From Myxococcaceae bacterium (GTDB lineage: Bacteria > Myxococcota > Myxococcia > Myxococcales > Myxococcaceae), in NCBI GenBank assembly GCA_003818285.1, contig RPRB01000006.1:2504-66503 (forward strand): a stretch of DNA of 64,000 nucleotides. The letters are read 5' to 3'. Both the position numbers and the translations under genes were made by a program. The notes below the pieces were generated by a model. That model saw only the letters and a program-made list of their open reading frames with translations. It did no database searches and was not told the DNA's origin. Positions 14,698 through 22,555 of the stretch are shown piece by piece. Positions within the stretch are counted from its first letter, which is position 1. Each line of letters opens with the position of its first letter.

Positions 14698-14712
14698 GTT
14701 TACATTGTCCGC
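14698..14712. promoter_or_regulatory. operator-like 15-mer O3 (inverted, GTTTACATTGTCCGC)
   Basis: Its reverse complement GCGGACAATGTAAAC matches O1/O2 at 13 of 15 positions. It lies ~22 nt upstream of the plus-strand ATG at 14734. Confidence 0.45.
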
Positions 14713-14733
14713 GTTTCGGCTAAGACTGCCCCG

Positions 14734-15432
14734 ATGGCCAGGAGATGGTTTGCCCCGACGGGCAATAAACCAAAGAGGGCGGAGCACTCACTGCAGTCGA
14801 AGGCCGTCGCGGAGCTGACGGTCAAGCTGCGGCGCGAGGTGTTTCTCACTGCGATCCCGAACGGCGATCATCGTTTGATCCCGGTCGCTGTCCGGCTGAA
14901 GGCCGAGGGGGTGAAGCCGGGTGTGGCTGACCTCATGTTTCTCGCGCCGGGTCCCGAGGTGTCCTTCATCGAGATGAAGGCCGGCCGGGGCAGTCAGTCG
15001 GACGAGCAGCTCGGCTTCGAGGCCATGTGCGGTCGGCTCGGCATCAAGTACGTGGTGTGCCGGTCAGTCGAAGAGGTCCTTGAAACTGTTGGTTCGTGGG
15101 GGTATCTGAAGAATGTCCAATCCATTCCTGGATCACGCGGAGCGAATAGCTCCAGCGCCAGTCAAGCGAGAGTGGCGGCGCCAGGAGGCAAAGCAGGAGC
15201 GCGAAGACCAGAAGCGGTCGCCCGCCATGATCCTGCTGGAGAAGAAGCAGAAGGAGCAGAACGCGCAGTTGAAGTTGTACCGAGAGTGGAAGCGACTGGT
15301 CAGGGACGACATCAAGAAGGCGCACGGCCAGGACTTCGCCAACCTCATGCGCATCCTCCGGAACCTGAAGCTGGCCGAAGTCGACGTCCTGGTCCTCTTC
15401 GTCGCCGAAGCGCGGTGGCTCCTCGAGTCTGA
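14734..15432 (+). CDS. VRR-NUC domain nuclease (3' end uncertain)
   Basis: GVADLMFL ... SFIEMKAGRGSQSDEQ (D ... ExK ... Q). The domain ends near residue 128. The remaining ~100 codons overlap 15113..15583 and look like an out-of-frame run-on. Confidence 0.7.
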   Translation: MARRWFAPTGNKPKRAEHSLQSKAVAELTVKLRREVFLTAIPNGDHRLIPVAVRLKAEGVKPGVADLMFLAPGPEVSFIEMKAGRGSQSDEQLGFEAMCGRLGIKYVVCRSVEEVLETVGSWGYLKNVQSIPGSRGANSSSASQARVAAPGGKAGARRPEAVARHDPAGEEAEGAERAVEVVPRVEATGQGRHQEGARPGLRQPHAHPPEPEAGRSRRPGPLRRRSAVAPRV

Positions 15433-15583
15433 CCTGACCACCCGGCTGGCGACCCTCAGCTACATCGACGGGTCGCTGGTCCGATGCAACGTCCGAAACG
15501 GCCTGCCCCACTTCGACGACCCGCTGTGGGACGAGCCACCCAACGCGTTCTTGAAAATCCGCAAGATGCTGACGGGCGTCTGA
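15113..15583 (+). CDS. hypothetical protein (156 aa)
   Basis: ORF MSNPFLDHAERIAPAPVKREW... with a protein-like, charged helical N-terminal half. Confidence 0.55.
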   Translation: MSNPFLDHAERIAPAPVKREWRRQEAKQEREDQKRSPAMILLEKKQKEQNAQLKLYREWKRLVRDDIKKAHGQDFANLMRILRNLKLAEVDVLVLFVAEARWLLESDLTTRLATLSYIDGSLVRCNVRNGLPHFDDPLWDEPPNAFLKIRKMLTGV

Positions 15584-15879
15584 TGCTGACCCGTCGGGAC
15601 TTCCTCGCCGCGGCCATGACGACGTTCGTGGCATCGGCCGCCGCCGGAGCCAGGGAGCCCCTGACCTTCGAGGAGAGGTGGGAGGGGAGCGGAAAGTCCG
15701 ATCGCCAGAAGTTCGGCGACCGGAAGATTGAGATGGAGATTGTCGAGCCGGACAAGCCGTCCGCCCTCGACGATGCGCCGTTCCGGGCGAGCCCGACGGT
15801 GCGAAAGCAGCCGACCTTTCGGCGGCGCCGCCGGCGCTGGCGGAGAAGGCGGCGAAGAGCACAGGAGCAGAAGAAGTGA
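15583..15879 (+). CDS. Tat-signal protein with poly-arginine C-terminus (98 aa)
   Basis: Internal ATG with a TGATG junction. MLTRRDFLAAAMTTFVASAAAGA is a twin-arginine signal. The C-terminus is FRRRRRRWRRRRRRAQEQKK. Confidence 0.5.
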   Translation: MLTRRDFLAAAMTTFVASAAAGAREPLTFEERWEGSGKSDRQKFGDRKIEMEIVEPDKPSALDDAPFRASPTVRKQPTFRRRRRRWRRRRRRAQEQKK

Positions 15880-16355
15880 ACAGCAGACCACACCAGCCTC
15901 AGAGGTTCCCCCGCGAGGCAGTACTGATGGACAAGCTTGCCCAAGCGATCGATCTCGAACCCGAAGTCCGCCAGGAGCTGCCCCCGGCGGACGCCCCCGA
16001 GGCGGTCCGGGCCGGAATGGTCCTGCCTGACTACGTCACGCACATGGACGGGGCGACCCGGTCCGGGATGCTCTCGGCTGCCGCCGTCGTCCGGGAGTAC
16101 GAGGCCACGGCCAAGATGATCGACGAGATGGGGCAGGAGCTCCGGGCGTCCCAGGACCGGGTCGCTGAGATGATGAGCACCTACGCCGAGGCGTTCAAGA
16201 AGCTCCAGGACACGGTCCAGGCCTACCGGGACGAGGGCAAGCGGCTGTTCGAGCAGGTCGAGTCCAGCTCCAAGCTGGCCGACCGCGTGTCTGAGACCTG
16301 CGACATGCTCCGGCGGGAGCTCGAAGAGGCTGGCCGCCGCGACGACAACAGTTGA
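15876..16355 (+). CDS. hypothetical coiled-coil protein (159 aa)
   Basis: GTGA-coupled start. The C-terminal half is helical and charged (EMGQELRASQDRVAEMM...). Confidence 0.5.
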   Translation: MNSRPHQPQRFPREAVLMDKLAQAIDLEPEVRQELPPADAPEAVRAGMVLPDYVTHMDGATRSGMLSAAAVVREYEATAKMIDEMGQELRASQDRVAEMMSTYAEAFKKLQDTVQAYRDEGKRLFEQVESSSKLADRVSETCDMLRRELEEAGRRDDNS

Positions 16356-16774
16356 CCACAGGGGAGGACGGCAATATGCCAGCTCAGATCGGACCGAAGA
16401 GGAAGAGGCCCAAGGAGCAGACCAAGCAGATCGACGAGCAGATCGGACTGCGAATAATGCAGCGCCGGAACCAGCTCAAGATGAGCCAGAGCGAACTGGG
16501 GGAGTGCCTCGGCATCACGTTCCAGCAGATCCAGAAGTATGAGCGGGGCCTGAACCGGGTCTCGGCCTCAGCCCTGGTCTTCTTTGCCAAGGCGCTCAAC
16601 GCCCCCATCGCCCACTTCTACGAGGGCATCGAGGGCGTGCCCCCGCGGGAGCCCACCGCGATGGACAAGTTCGTCGCCACGCGGGATGGGATCGAGGGGC
16701 TGACAGCCCTGTCGAAGATGAAGCCCCCGCTCCGTCGGGCGTTCATCGACCTGGCCGGACAGGCCGCCAAGTGA
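16352..16774 (+). CDS. XRE-family HTH transcriptional regulator
   Basis: MSQSELGECLGITFQQIQKYERGLNRVSASALVFFAKAL is a classic Cro/C1-type HTH. The QKYE(R)G.NR form is common in Alphaproteobacteria. The start may instead be the ATG at 16376. Confidence 0.8.
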   Translation: MTTGEDGNMPAQIGPKRKRPKEQTKQIDEQIGLRIMQRRNQLKMSQSELGECLGITFQQIQKYERGLNRVSASALVFFAKALNAPIAHFYEGIEGVPPREPTAMDKFVATRDGIEGLTALSKMKPPLRRAFIDLAGQAAK

Positions 16775-16989
16775 GGAAGTTCCTGACGCCGGACCAGCGG
16801 CTGGAGATCATGAGGCTCTACCTCAAGGGCGAGAAGGTGGACGCGATAGCGGCAGCCTTCGGGGTGGGGAGGACGTACCCAACTCAGCTGTGTCACAGAA
16901 GGGGACTGCCGAAACGAAGACAGAGGGGCAGCGCGCCGCAGCGAGAGGAGGTCGGGGTGACGCTTAGTGCCGCCTTCGGCAGCGACTAA
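16771..16989 (+). CDS. small HTH-like protein (72 aa)
   Basis: LYLKGEKVDAIAAAFGVGRTYPTQLCHRRGL resembles a resolvase/IS-type HTH. Coupled start. Confidence 0.5.
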   Translation: MRKFLTPDQRLEIMRLYLKGEKVDAIAAAFGVGRTYPTQLCHRRGLPKRRQRGSAPQREEVGVTLSAAFGSD

Positions 16990-17273
16990 GCGCTGACCTT
17001 GAAGTCGGGCGTCGCCATCTGGACGGCGCCCGACTCGAAGCCCGAGAGGTCGGCGTCCGGGGACAGAACGGCCACCACGACCTCGGCCACCTGCCACCTG
17101 GCCATCTGGATCTTCACCCGGAGATGCGCCAGGTCCAGGCCATCCTGGGCTGGCAGCCCCCTCAGCTTGGCCCAGGATTTGAGACAGGCGCGCTCGGAAC
17201 CGACGTGAACTAAGGCCCCGACGGGGTTGAACAGGCCCATTTGGCCACGCTTGTGGTGCAGTTTGCCGCCCAT
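16986..17273 (-). CDS. hypothetical protein (95 aa)
   Basis: ORF convergent with the plus-strand island (4-nt overlap of the stops). GAGAGGGGAA lies 7 nt before the ATG. No motif recognised. Confidence 0.35.
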   Translation of the reverse strand: MGGKLHHKRGQMGLFNPVGALVHVGSERACLKSWAKLRGLPAQDGLDLAHLRVKIQMARWQVAEVVVAVLSPDADLSGFESGAVQMATPDFKVSA

Positions 17274-17587
17274 TCGTCGGTTCCCCTCTCAGATTGGCTG
17301 GGAAGCCCAAGGAGCGGGCTTCCAGCCGAAGGCCACATATCGCCCACCCAGCCGCTCAGGCCACGCCGGCGGGCTCCTAATCAGCTCACCGGTTCCGGGG
17401 CTGAGCCCCTGCGTCCTGCAGATCTGACAAAAAAGCTCCCAGATCCTCTCTCCCCCCGGACTTCGCACAAGACGCTCAGCATGAGAGAAAGTTCGCTCCG
17501 GAGTTGCCCTGACATGCCCGGACAGCACAAGATTGCCCCTTCAGCTCCGACGCCAATGTCTCCATCCTGAATATCTATAACTGGCGG

Positions 17588-17758
17588 TCAGAAGACGGCC
17601 AGGTACTTCAGCATGACCAGGATGCCGATGATGATCACGACGATCCTGATGATGTTCTTGATCCTCGCGTCGCCGATCGGCATCAGGTCGACCAGGTAGA
17701 CGATCAGGACGATGACCAGGAACGTGACCAGGATGCTGATGACTATGCTCATGCTCAT
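17588..17758 (-). CDS. small two-TM membrane protein (56 aa)
   Basis: My own translation gives MSMSIVISILVTFLVIVLIVYLVDLMPIGDARIKNIIRIVVIIIGILVMLKYLAVF. GGAAGGGAA Shine-Dalgarno. Below the ORF-track cut-off. Confidence 0.5.
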   Translation of the reverse strand: MSMSIVISILVTFLVIVLIVYLVDLMPIGDARIKNIIRIVVIIIGILVMLKYLAVF

Positions 17759-17779
17759 TGGGGTTCCCTTCCGGGGTGC

Positions 17780-18178
17780 TCAGGTCCCGATTGTGAAGCT
17801 CAGGTCTCCGGCCGAGAACAGGACCTGCTGGCCGGTCAGGATGGACTGCGGGGACGAAAGAGCCTTGGAGGCCAGCCGGTTCCCCGCGGAGGCGGCGTCG
17901 AACACGGCGACCCAGTCCAGATCGACGTCGCCCTCGGACGCGCCCCAGTCCACGTCGTCGGACGACTCCATGACGTTGACCGTGCCAGCCGAAGGCACCG
18001 TCCAGACGATCGCTTGCCGTCCGGCTGAGTTGACGTCGGCCGACACCTCGACGCCGGCCGCCTTGGGGTCGCCGTCGAAGAGCGCCAGGTAGACCGTCGC
18101 TGGAGCCGTCGGCATGGCCTGGCCGCCGAGCCACCGGACGATCTTGTTTCCCAGGTACGTTGAGAGGTCGCTTGCCAT
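17780..18178 (-). CDS. conserved virion-module protein, paralog of 29388..29762 (132 aa)
   Basis: Internal ATG of ORF 17780..19054 with an AAGGAG Shine-Dalgarno. MASDLSTYLGNKIVRWL ... DAASAGNRLA aligns with MSDMSTYLGDALLNWL ... DAASAGNRLA. Confidence 0.65.
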   Translation of the reverse strand: MASDLSTYLGNKIVRWLGGQAMPTAPATVYLALFDGDPKAAGVEVSADVNSAGRQAIVWTVPSAGTVNVMESSDDVDWGASEGDVDLDWVAVFDAASAGNRLASKALSSPQSILTGQQVLFSAGDLSFTIGT

Positions 18179-18189
18179 CACATCTCCTT

Positions 18190-21100
18190 TTATCGCCCCG
18201 ACGGGATCGGGGACACTTGGACTCTGGTTACGGGTTCGTGAGCCTCCCTGGCCCGAAGCCTGCCCTCGTCGACGAAGTGGGCGGCGAGGTGCAGAGCGAC
18301 CGAGGGGGCGGCTTCGAGGATGCTCTCGTCGACGAAGTGCGAGGACAGCTCGACGGGGCAGGACGCCATCACGAACTCGACCTCGACCAGGTACTGGAAG
18401 CCCATCGCGAAGCCCGAGGTTCCGAGGAAGCGATACCAGGAGTACGCCGTCGAGTTGACCGAGAAGTCCAGGAGCTGGTCGATCTGATCGATCAGGAGCG
18501 GAGAGCCGATGGCGGTCCAGGACGACCCGTCCGCGCTGCCCTGGAACTGGTAGGTGCCGAGCTGGTCCGCCGAGGACTGCACCACCCGGACGCCGGTGAT
18601 CTTGGCCGGCACGTCGAGGGCGAACTTGATGTAGAGCCCGGTGACGTCCGCGTTCATGTCGATGCCGAGGGCGTCGGTGACCCCTGAGCTGAACCAGTTG
18701 AAGGCGCCGTCTACGATGTTGCTGGCGGTCCCCTCGAAGGTGGCCAGGTCCGTGGTGACCGCGATGCGCCCCGTCCGGTCGCCGATCCGCAGGTTGCATG
18801 GGTTGGTGTCCGTGATCTCCACAGAGAGCACGCCCTCGTCCACGAAGTGCGCCTCGAGCGCCGCCGGTCCCGGCGGACCGCCATCGATGTCGAAGATCGA
18901 CTCGTCGACGAAGTGGGCTTCGAGGCTGACGACCGCAGGGGGATCTCCCGCGCACGCACCCGACGAGAGCTGGGGGAACATGCGAAAGTCGAACTCGTTG
19001 ATGCCGATCGAGTTGAGCCAGCCGGGGGTGCTCTTCTGCCGGATGCGGTACCACCGATAAGATCCTGGGGCGTCGACGTTCTGCTCGCTCGTGAAGGCGA
19101 AGCCCGTGCCCGCGTGCCAGGGGTCGGTCAGGACGTGGACGTCTGAGACGAAGTCGTCGTTGGAGCCCTCGAAGTAGTGCTGACCATGGAAGTCGGTTCC
19201 GGGGGTGAAGCCGTTCATCTTCGTGGTCTCGATGAAGACCTTCTGCCGGAAGTCGAACTTGATGACCACGCCGGTCTGCGCCGTCGTGATGACGATGCCG
19301 CTCGCCGTGACGCCGTCCACCAGCTCGTGGATCGCCCCAGAGTCAAGTGTGCCAGTGAGGCTCATCCCGATCCCATACGGACCATCGTTGTCGCGGTTGC
19401 CCAGGCTCTGCACGTACTTGTAGGTTCCGCAGGGGTTCCCCGCGCTGCCGCCGTCGATCCAGAACTCCACCTCCTGGATCTTCAGGGCGCCGGAGCCGCT
19501 GACCCTGCGCATGCGGTAGTAGCGGAAGAACTGATCGTTGTCCTCGAGCGTCGCGACCGTGCGGAAGTAGGAGCCATTGTTGACGATCTCGTTGGCCAGG
19601 TTCGTGGGGACCGAGCAGATCGTCCAGGTCGAGCCGTCGTTCGAGCCCTCCCACACTGCAGTCTGGTTCGTGTCCGCGTTGCCGGTCTGCCAGTAGATCG
19701 CCGCCTGGCGCACCATGCGGAGCGAGCCGAAGTCGAACTTGATCGCCCAGTTGGAGTCGACCAGGAGCGCGAAGGGGCTGAACCCGGTGCGCACCCCGTC
19801 CACGATGCAGTCCAGGTCAGAGCCCGTGTCCTCGGTCCCGGCGTCCAGGGAGACGACGATGTCTCCCGTCCGGTCGCCGGAGCCCAGGGCGTTCGCGTAG
19901 CTCAGGCAGATGTCGCCGGGGTCCAGGTTGGCCTCGAGGGTCCTGAACTGGACCTCCCGGACGAAGTGCGAGACCGACGAGCTGCCGGCCTGGAGCTCCA
20001 GCTTGTAGTGCAGGAACGCCTTGTCGTTCGCGTTGAAGCCGTTGTAGGTCGTGGTGTTGCCAATGTCGCTGCCGCCGATGCGGACGGGCTCCCGGCCGAT
20101 CGCTTCGTAGGACGACCCGTCGTTCGATCCGTACGCGCGCCAGAGCCCTTGAGCCGATGAGCCTGACTGAACCCACTTCATCTCATTGATGACCTGCGCC
20201 CGGATGAAGTGGAAGACCAGGCCGCCCGAGGTTCCGATCGTCAGCCAGGCCACGTCGTCGCCCGTGTCGCCGTCGAACCAGGACCCGTCGGCTGCAGCCT
20301 CCGACGGGTTGATCGTGAAGTCAGCGTCCACCGCCGTGACCGAGATCGCCCCGGTCCTGTCCACCGTGATGTAGGCCGGCAGGGGGTCGGGCACCGCGTC
20401 CGTGGCGCCGATGATGAACTCGATCTCCTCGATCCACGCGTCGTCGGTCAGGATGACGTCGGGGTCTGTCTTGCGCAGGCGGTAGTACTTGTAGCCGTTC
20501 GGGTTGGTGAAGGTGTACTCTGCGTCTACGTCCTCGCCCAGCGCGATGCCAGTCATGAGTGGCACATAGCCGGTCTGTGGGGCATCTGACGCCTCAAACG
20601 TCCACACACCCAGAGCCTCGACGCTCTCCTGGTACCACTTGAAGCCCACGATCCGCTGCTTGAACCCGGACGGGCGGAAGTCGAAGACGATCGAGGCGCT
20701 GGTCTGGTTCAGCGCCTCGTCGAACTTGAACGAGCCCGTGGCGTCGTTCGTGAAGCTGCCGTCGATCAGCTTGGCCGCGTTGCCGGACAGGTCAGAGAAG
20801 TTCTGCGAGACCCAGATGGTGCCCGTCCGATCGCCCGTCCCTCCGGGCTCGCCGTAGTCTGGAGCCGGCGGCGGGTCCGGCGGCGGGTCCGGCGTCGTCT
20901 CGGAGGAGTTGATCTTGAACTCGAACTCGATCAGCTCCGGCACCGACGGCGGGACGACCGACTTCCCCTGCGTCATGCGGAAGTAGCGATAGCCGACGGT
21001 GCTCTGGAAGCCGGCGATCTCGATGCAGGCGACCGCGTACTCCTCGCCAGCCGTGAACAGCCACAGGCCGCTCGCCAGGTTGACGTAGGTCGCATCGTCG

Positions 21101-21375
21101 TCTGAGCCCTCGAACAGCCAGACGCCCATCGTCATGGAGTGAACGTGCGTCCGGATGTAGTACCGGAAGGCGTCGATGACGGGGTCGGCTCCTGAGCCGA
21201 AGTCGAACTTGATGTAGCCGTCCCCCTGACCTGGCGTCATGGCCAGCCCGGGGTTGGCGGTGGTGTCCCCGTTCACCAGGTCGTTCGGGTCCCCCGCAAA
21301 CATGTTGGACGTGACGGTGATGTCGGCCGTCCGGTCGCCTGCGCCTCCGGGGTTGGAGTATGCTGTGTCGACCAT
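18190..21375 (-). CDS. large tail fibre / receptor-binding protein with six galactose-binding-like modules
   Basis: 1061 aa. It has six modules, each opening with G(D/N)R(T/D)..I.V and closing with an aromatic-R motif (YRYFRM, YKYYRL, FRYYRM, YRWYRI, YSWYRF). Confidence 0.75.
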   Translation of the reverse strand: MVDTAYSNPGGAGDRTADITVTSNMFAGDPNDLVNGDTTANPGLAMTPGQGDGYIKFDFGSGADPVIDAFRYYIRTHVHSMTMGVWLFEGSDDDATYVNLASGLWLFTAGEEYAVACIEIAGFQSTVGYRYFRMTQGKSVVPPSVPELIEFEFKINSSETTPDPPPDPPPAPDYGEPGGTGDRTGTIWVSQNFSDLSGNAAKLIDGSFTNDATGSFKFDEALNQTSASIVFDFRPSGFKQRIVGFKWYQESVEALGVWTFEASDAPQTGYVPLMTGIALGEDVDAEYTFTNPNGYKYYRLRKTDPDVILTDDAWIEEIEFIIGATDAVPDPLPAYITVDRTGAISVTAVDADFTINPSEAAADGSWFDGDTGDDVAWLTIGTSGGLVFHFIRAQVINEMKWVQSGSSAQGLWRAYGSNDGSSYEAIGREPVRIGGSDIGNTTTYNGFNANDKAFLHYKLELQAGSSSVSHFVREVQFRTLEANLDPGDICLSYANALGSGDRTGDIVVSLDAGTEDTGSDLDCIVDGVRTGFSPFALLVDSNWAIKFDFGSLRMVRQAAIYWQTGNADTNQTAVWEGSNDGSTWTICSVPTNLANEIVNNGSYFRTVATLEDNDQFFRYYRMRRVSGSGALKIQEVEFWIDGGSAGNPCGTYKYVQSLGNRDNDGPYGIGMSLTGTLDSGAIHELVDGVTASGIVITTAQTGVVIKFDFRQKVFIETTKMNGFTPGTDFHGQHYFEGSNDDFVSDVHVLTDPWHAGTGFAFTSEQNVDAPGSYRWYRIRQKSTPGWLNSIGINEFDFRMFPQLSSGACAGDPPAVVSLEAHFVDESIFDIDGGPPGPAALEAHFVDEGVLSVEITDTNPCNLRIGDRTGRIAVTTDLATFEGTASNIVDGAFNWFSSGVTDALGIDMNADVTGLYIKFALDVPAKITGVRVVQSSADQLGTYQFQGSADGSSWTAIGSPLLIDQIDQLLDFSVNSTAYSWYRFLGTSGFAMGFQYLVEVEFVMASCPVELSSHFVDESILEAAPSVALHLAAHFVDEGRLRAREAHEPVTRVQVSPIPSGR

Positions 21376-21376
21376 C

Positions 21377-22153
21377 TTACGATCCCGGTATCAGCCCACG
21401 TCGGCCAGCGAACGTTCCAGTGAACTCGACCGCAGACCCGTCGATGGCGACCGGCGGCATGATGGAGAGCCGATCGCCCGGCTCGAACTGCACCGCGTCC
21501 GGAAAGTCGATGGCGGGGTCCGTGTCCCCGGCGCCCCAGTTTAGCGTCCCGATCGGGGTGTCGTTCTTGCGGATCTCGAACTCCAGGGAGCTGGCAGGGC
21601 CAACGCGGAGCTGGAACAGCGAGTTGGCCAGGTTGTCCTCGAGGAAGACCTGCGTGGCGAAGAGGTGCGAGAAGAGCCGATCCTCGTCTGGGTCCAGCCC
21701 CAGGCCAGGCGCTCCGGGGACGAAGCAGGCCACGTCGTAGCGGTAGGGATCGTCGCCCCAGAGGCGCAGGTACGCGGGCTCGCCCAGGATGATCAGGTCC
21801 GGGTTGAACGGCAGGTCGATCGTGTGGTCCTGCAGGACCATGAACAAGCCTTCGCCGAACACCGTGATGATGTCCAGCTCGAAGACGGGCTGCCCGTCCT
21901 GCGCCTCGCCGCGCCACTCGAACGCTGCGACCGGCAGGGTGTAGGGCCCGAACGTCGTGCCGTCGGAGAGGAAGATCATCATCTGGCTGCCGATGACCTC
22001 GATGTTGGAGATGCCAACCGCGCTCGGCGGGTTCTCCTCCATCTCCGTGACCCGGAAGTCCAGATCCCAGAAGTTCGTGTCGACCTCGGCCGCAGTGAGG
22101 GGCGACCCCGTGCCGGTGCCCCACACACCGTCTGTAACGTAGATGATGGCCAT
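21377..22153 (-). CDS. tail fibre-associated protein (258 aa)
   Basis: The N-terminal LTAAEVDTNFWDL is typical of fibre N-termini. The gene lies between distal tail genes and the large fibre. Confidence 0.6.
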   Translation of the reverse strand: MAIIYVTDGVWGTGTGSPLTAAEVDTNFWDLDFRVTEMEENPPSAVGISNIEVIGSQMMIFLSDGTTFGPYTLPVAAFEWRGEAQDGQPVFELDIITVFGEGLFMVLQDHTIDLPFNPDLIILGEPAYLRLWGDDPYRYDVACFVPGAPGLGLDPDEDRLFSHLFATQVFLEDNLANSLFQLRVGPASSLEFEIRKNDTPIGTLNWGAGDTDPAIDFPDAVQFEPGDRLSIMPPVAIDGSAVEFTGTFAGRRGLIPGS

Positions 22154-22162
22154 GTCCTGTCC

Positions 22163-22555
22163 TTACGCCGGGTCTTTCGTAGTGCGCACCTGGTCCCGCT
22201 TGATGATCTCGATGTTGTCCGCCGGCTGGATGCGGGAGAAGCCGATGCGCGTTCGCTTCTTGTCGATCTGGTTCCGGCCCTGGTACTCGGTCATGACCTC
22301 GACGTCGACGTACTGGTTGGCGTCGTCCTTGTTCTTGATCCTGGCCACGTCGAACTTGCGGCGCTCCTCCTTCGGGTTCGACTCGGCTTCGACGTCGTTC
22401 TGGTTCGAGGCGCTGAGCTGGAAGACGCTGGACCCGCTGTTGCCCCACTCCATGACGGTGTCCTCGACGATCTTCTCCTCGGGCTTCGTCGTCCGGCCGG
22501 CAGGGAAGACGCCACCGGGCAGGAACGGGCGGACCAGGTTCTCGACGTTGCTCAT
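22163..22555 (-). CDS. distal tail protein (130 aa)
   Basis: Internal ATG of ORF 22163..23515, with an ATGA overlap with 22552..24459. Confidence 0.55.
   Translation of the reverse strand: MSNVENLVRPFLPGGVFPAGRTTKPEEKIVEDTVMEWGNSGSSVFQLSASNQNDVEAESNPKEERRKFDVARIKNKDDANQYVDVEVMTEYQGRNQIDKKRTRIGFSRIQPADNIEIIKRDQVRTTKDPA

Noticed and set aside
16352-16989. Calling the phage temperate on the basis of the XRE and HTH regulators
   Set aside because: No integrase, excisionase, attachment site or partition genes were recognised in the window. Such regulators also occur in virulent phages.
17241-17570. ORFs 17241..17570 (+) and 17289..17528 (-) in the 314-bp gap after 16986..17273
   Set aside because: Their composition is Pro/Arg/Ser/Gly-rich. 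They have no Shine-Dalgarno, no motif and no coupling to neighbours. I treat the region as non-coding with hairpins.
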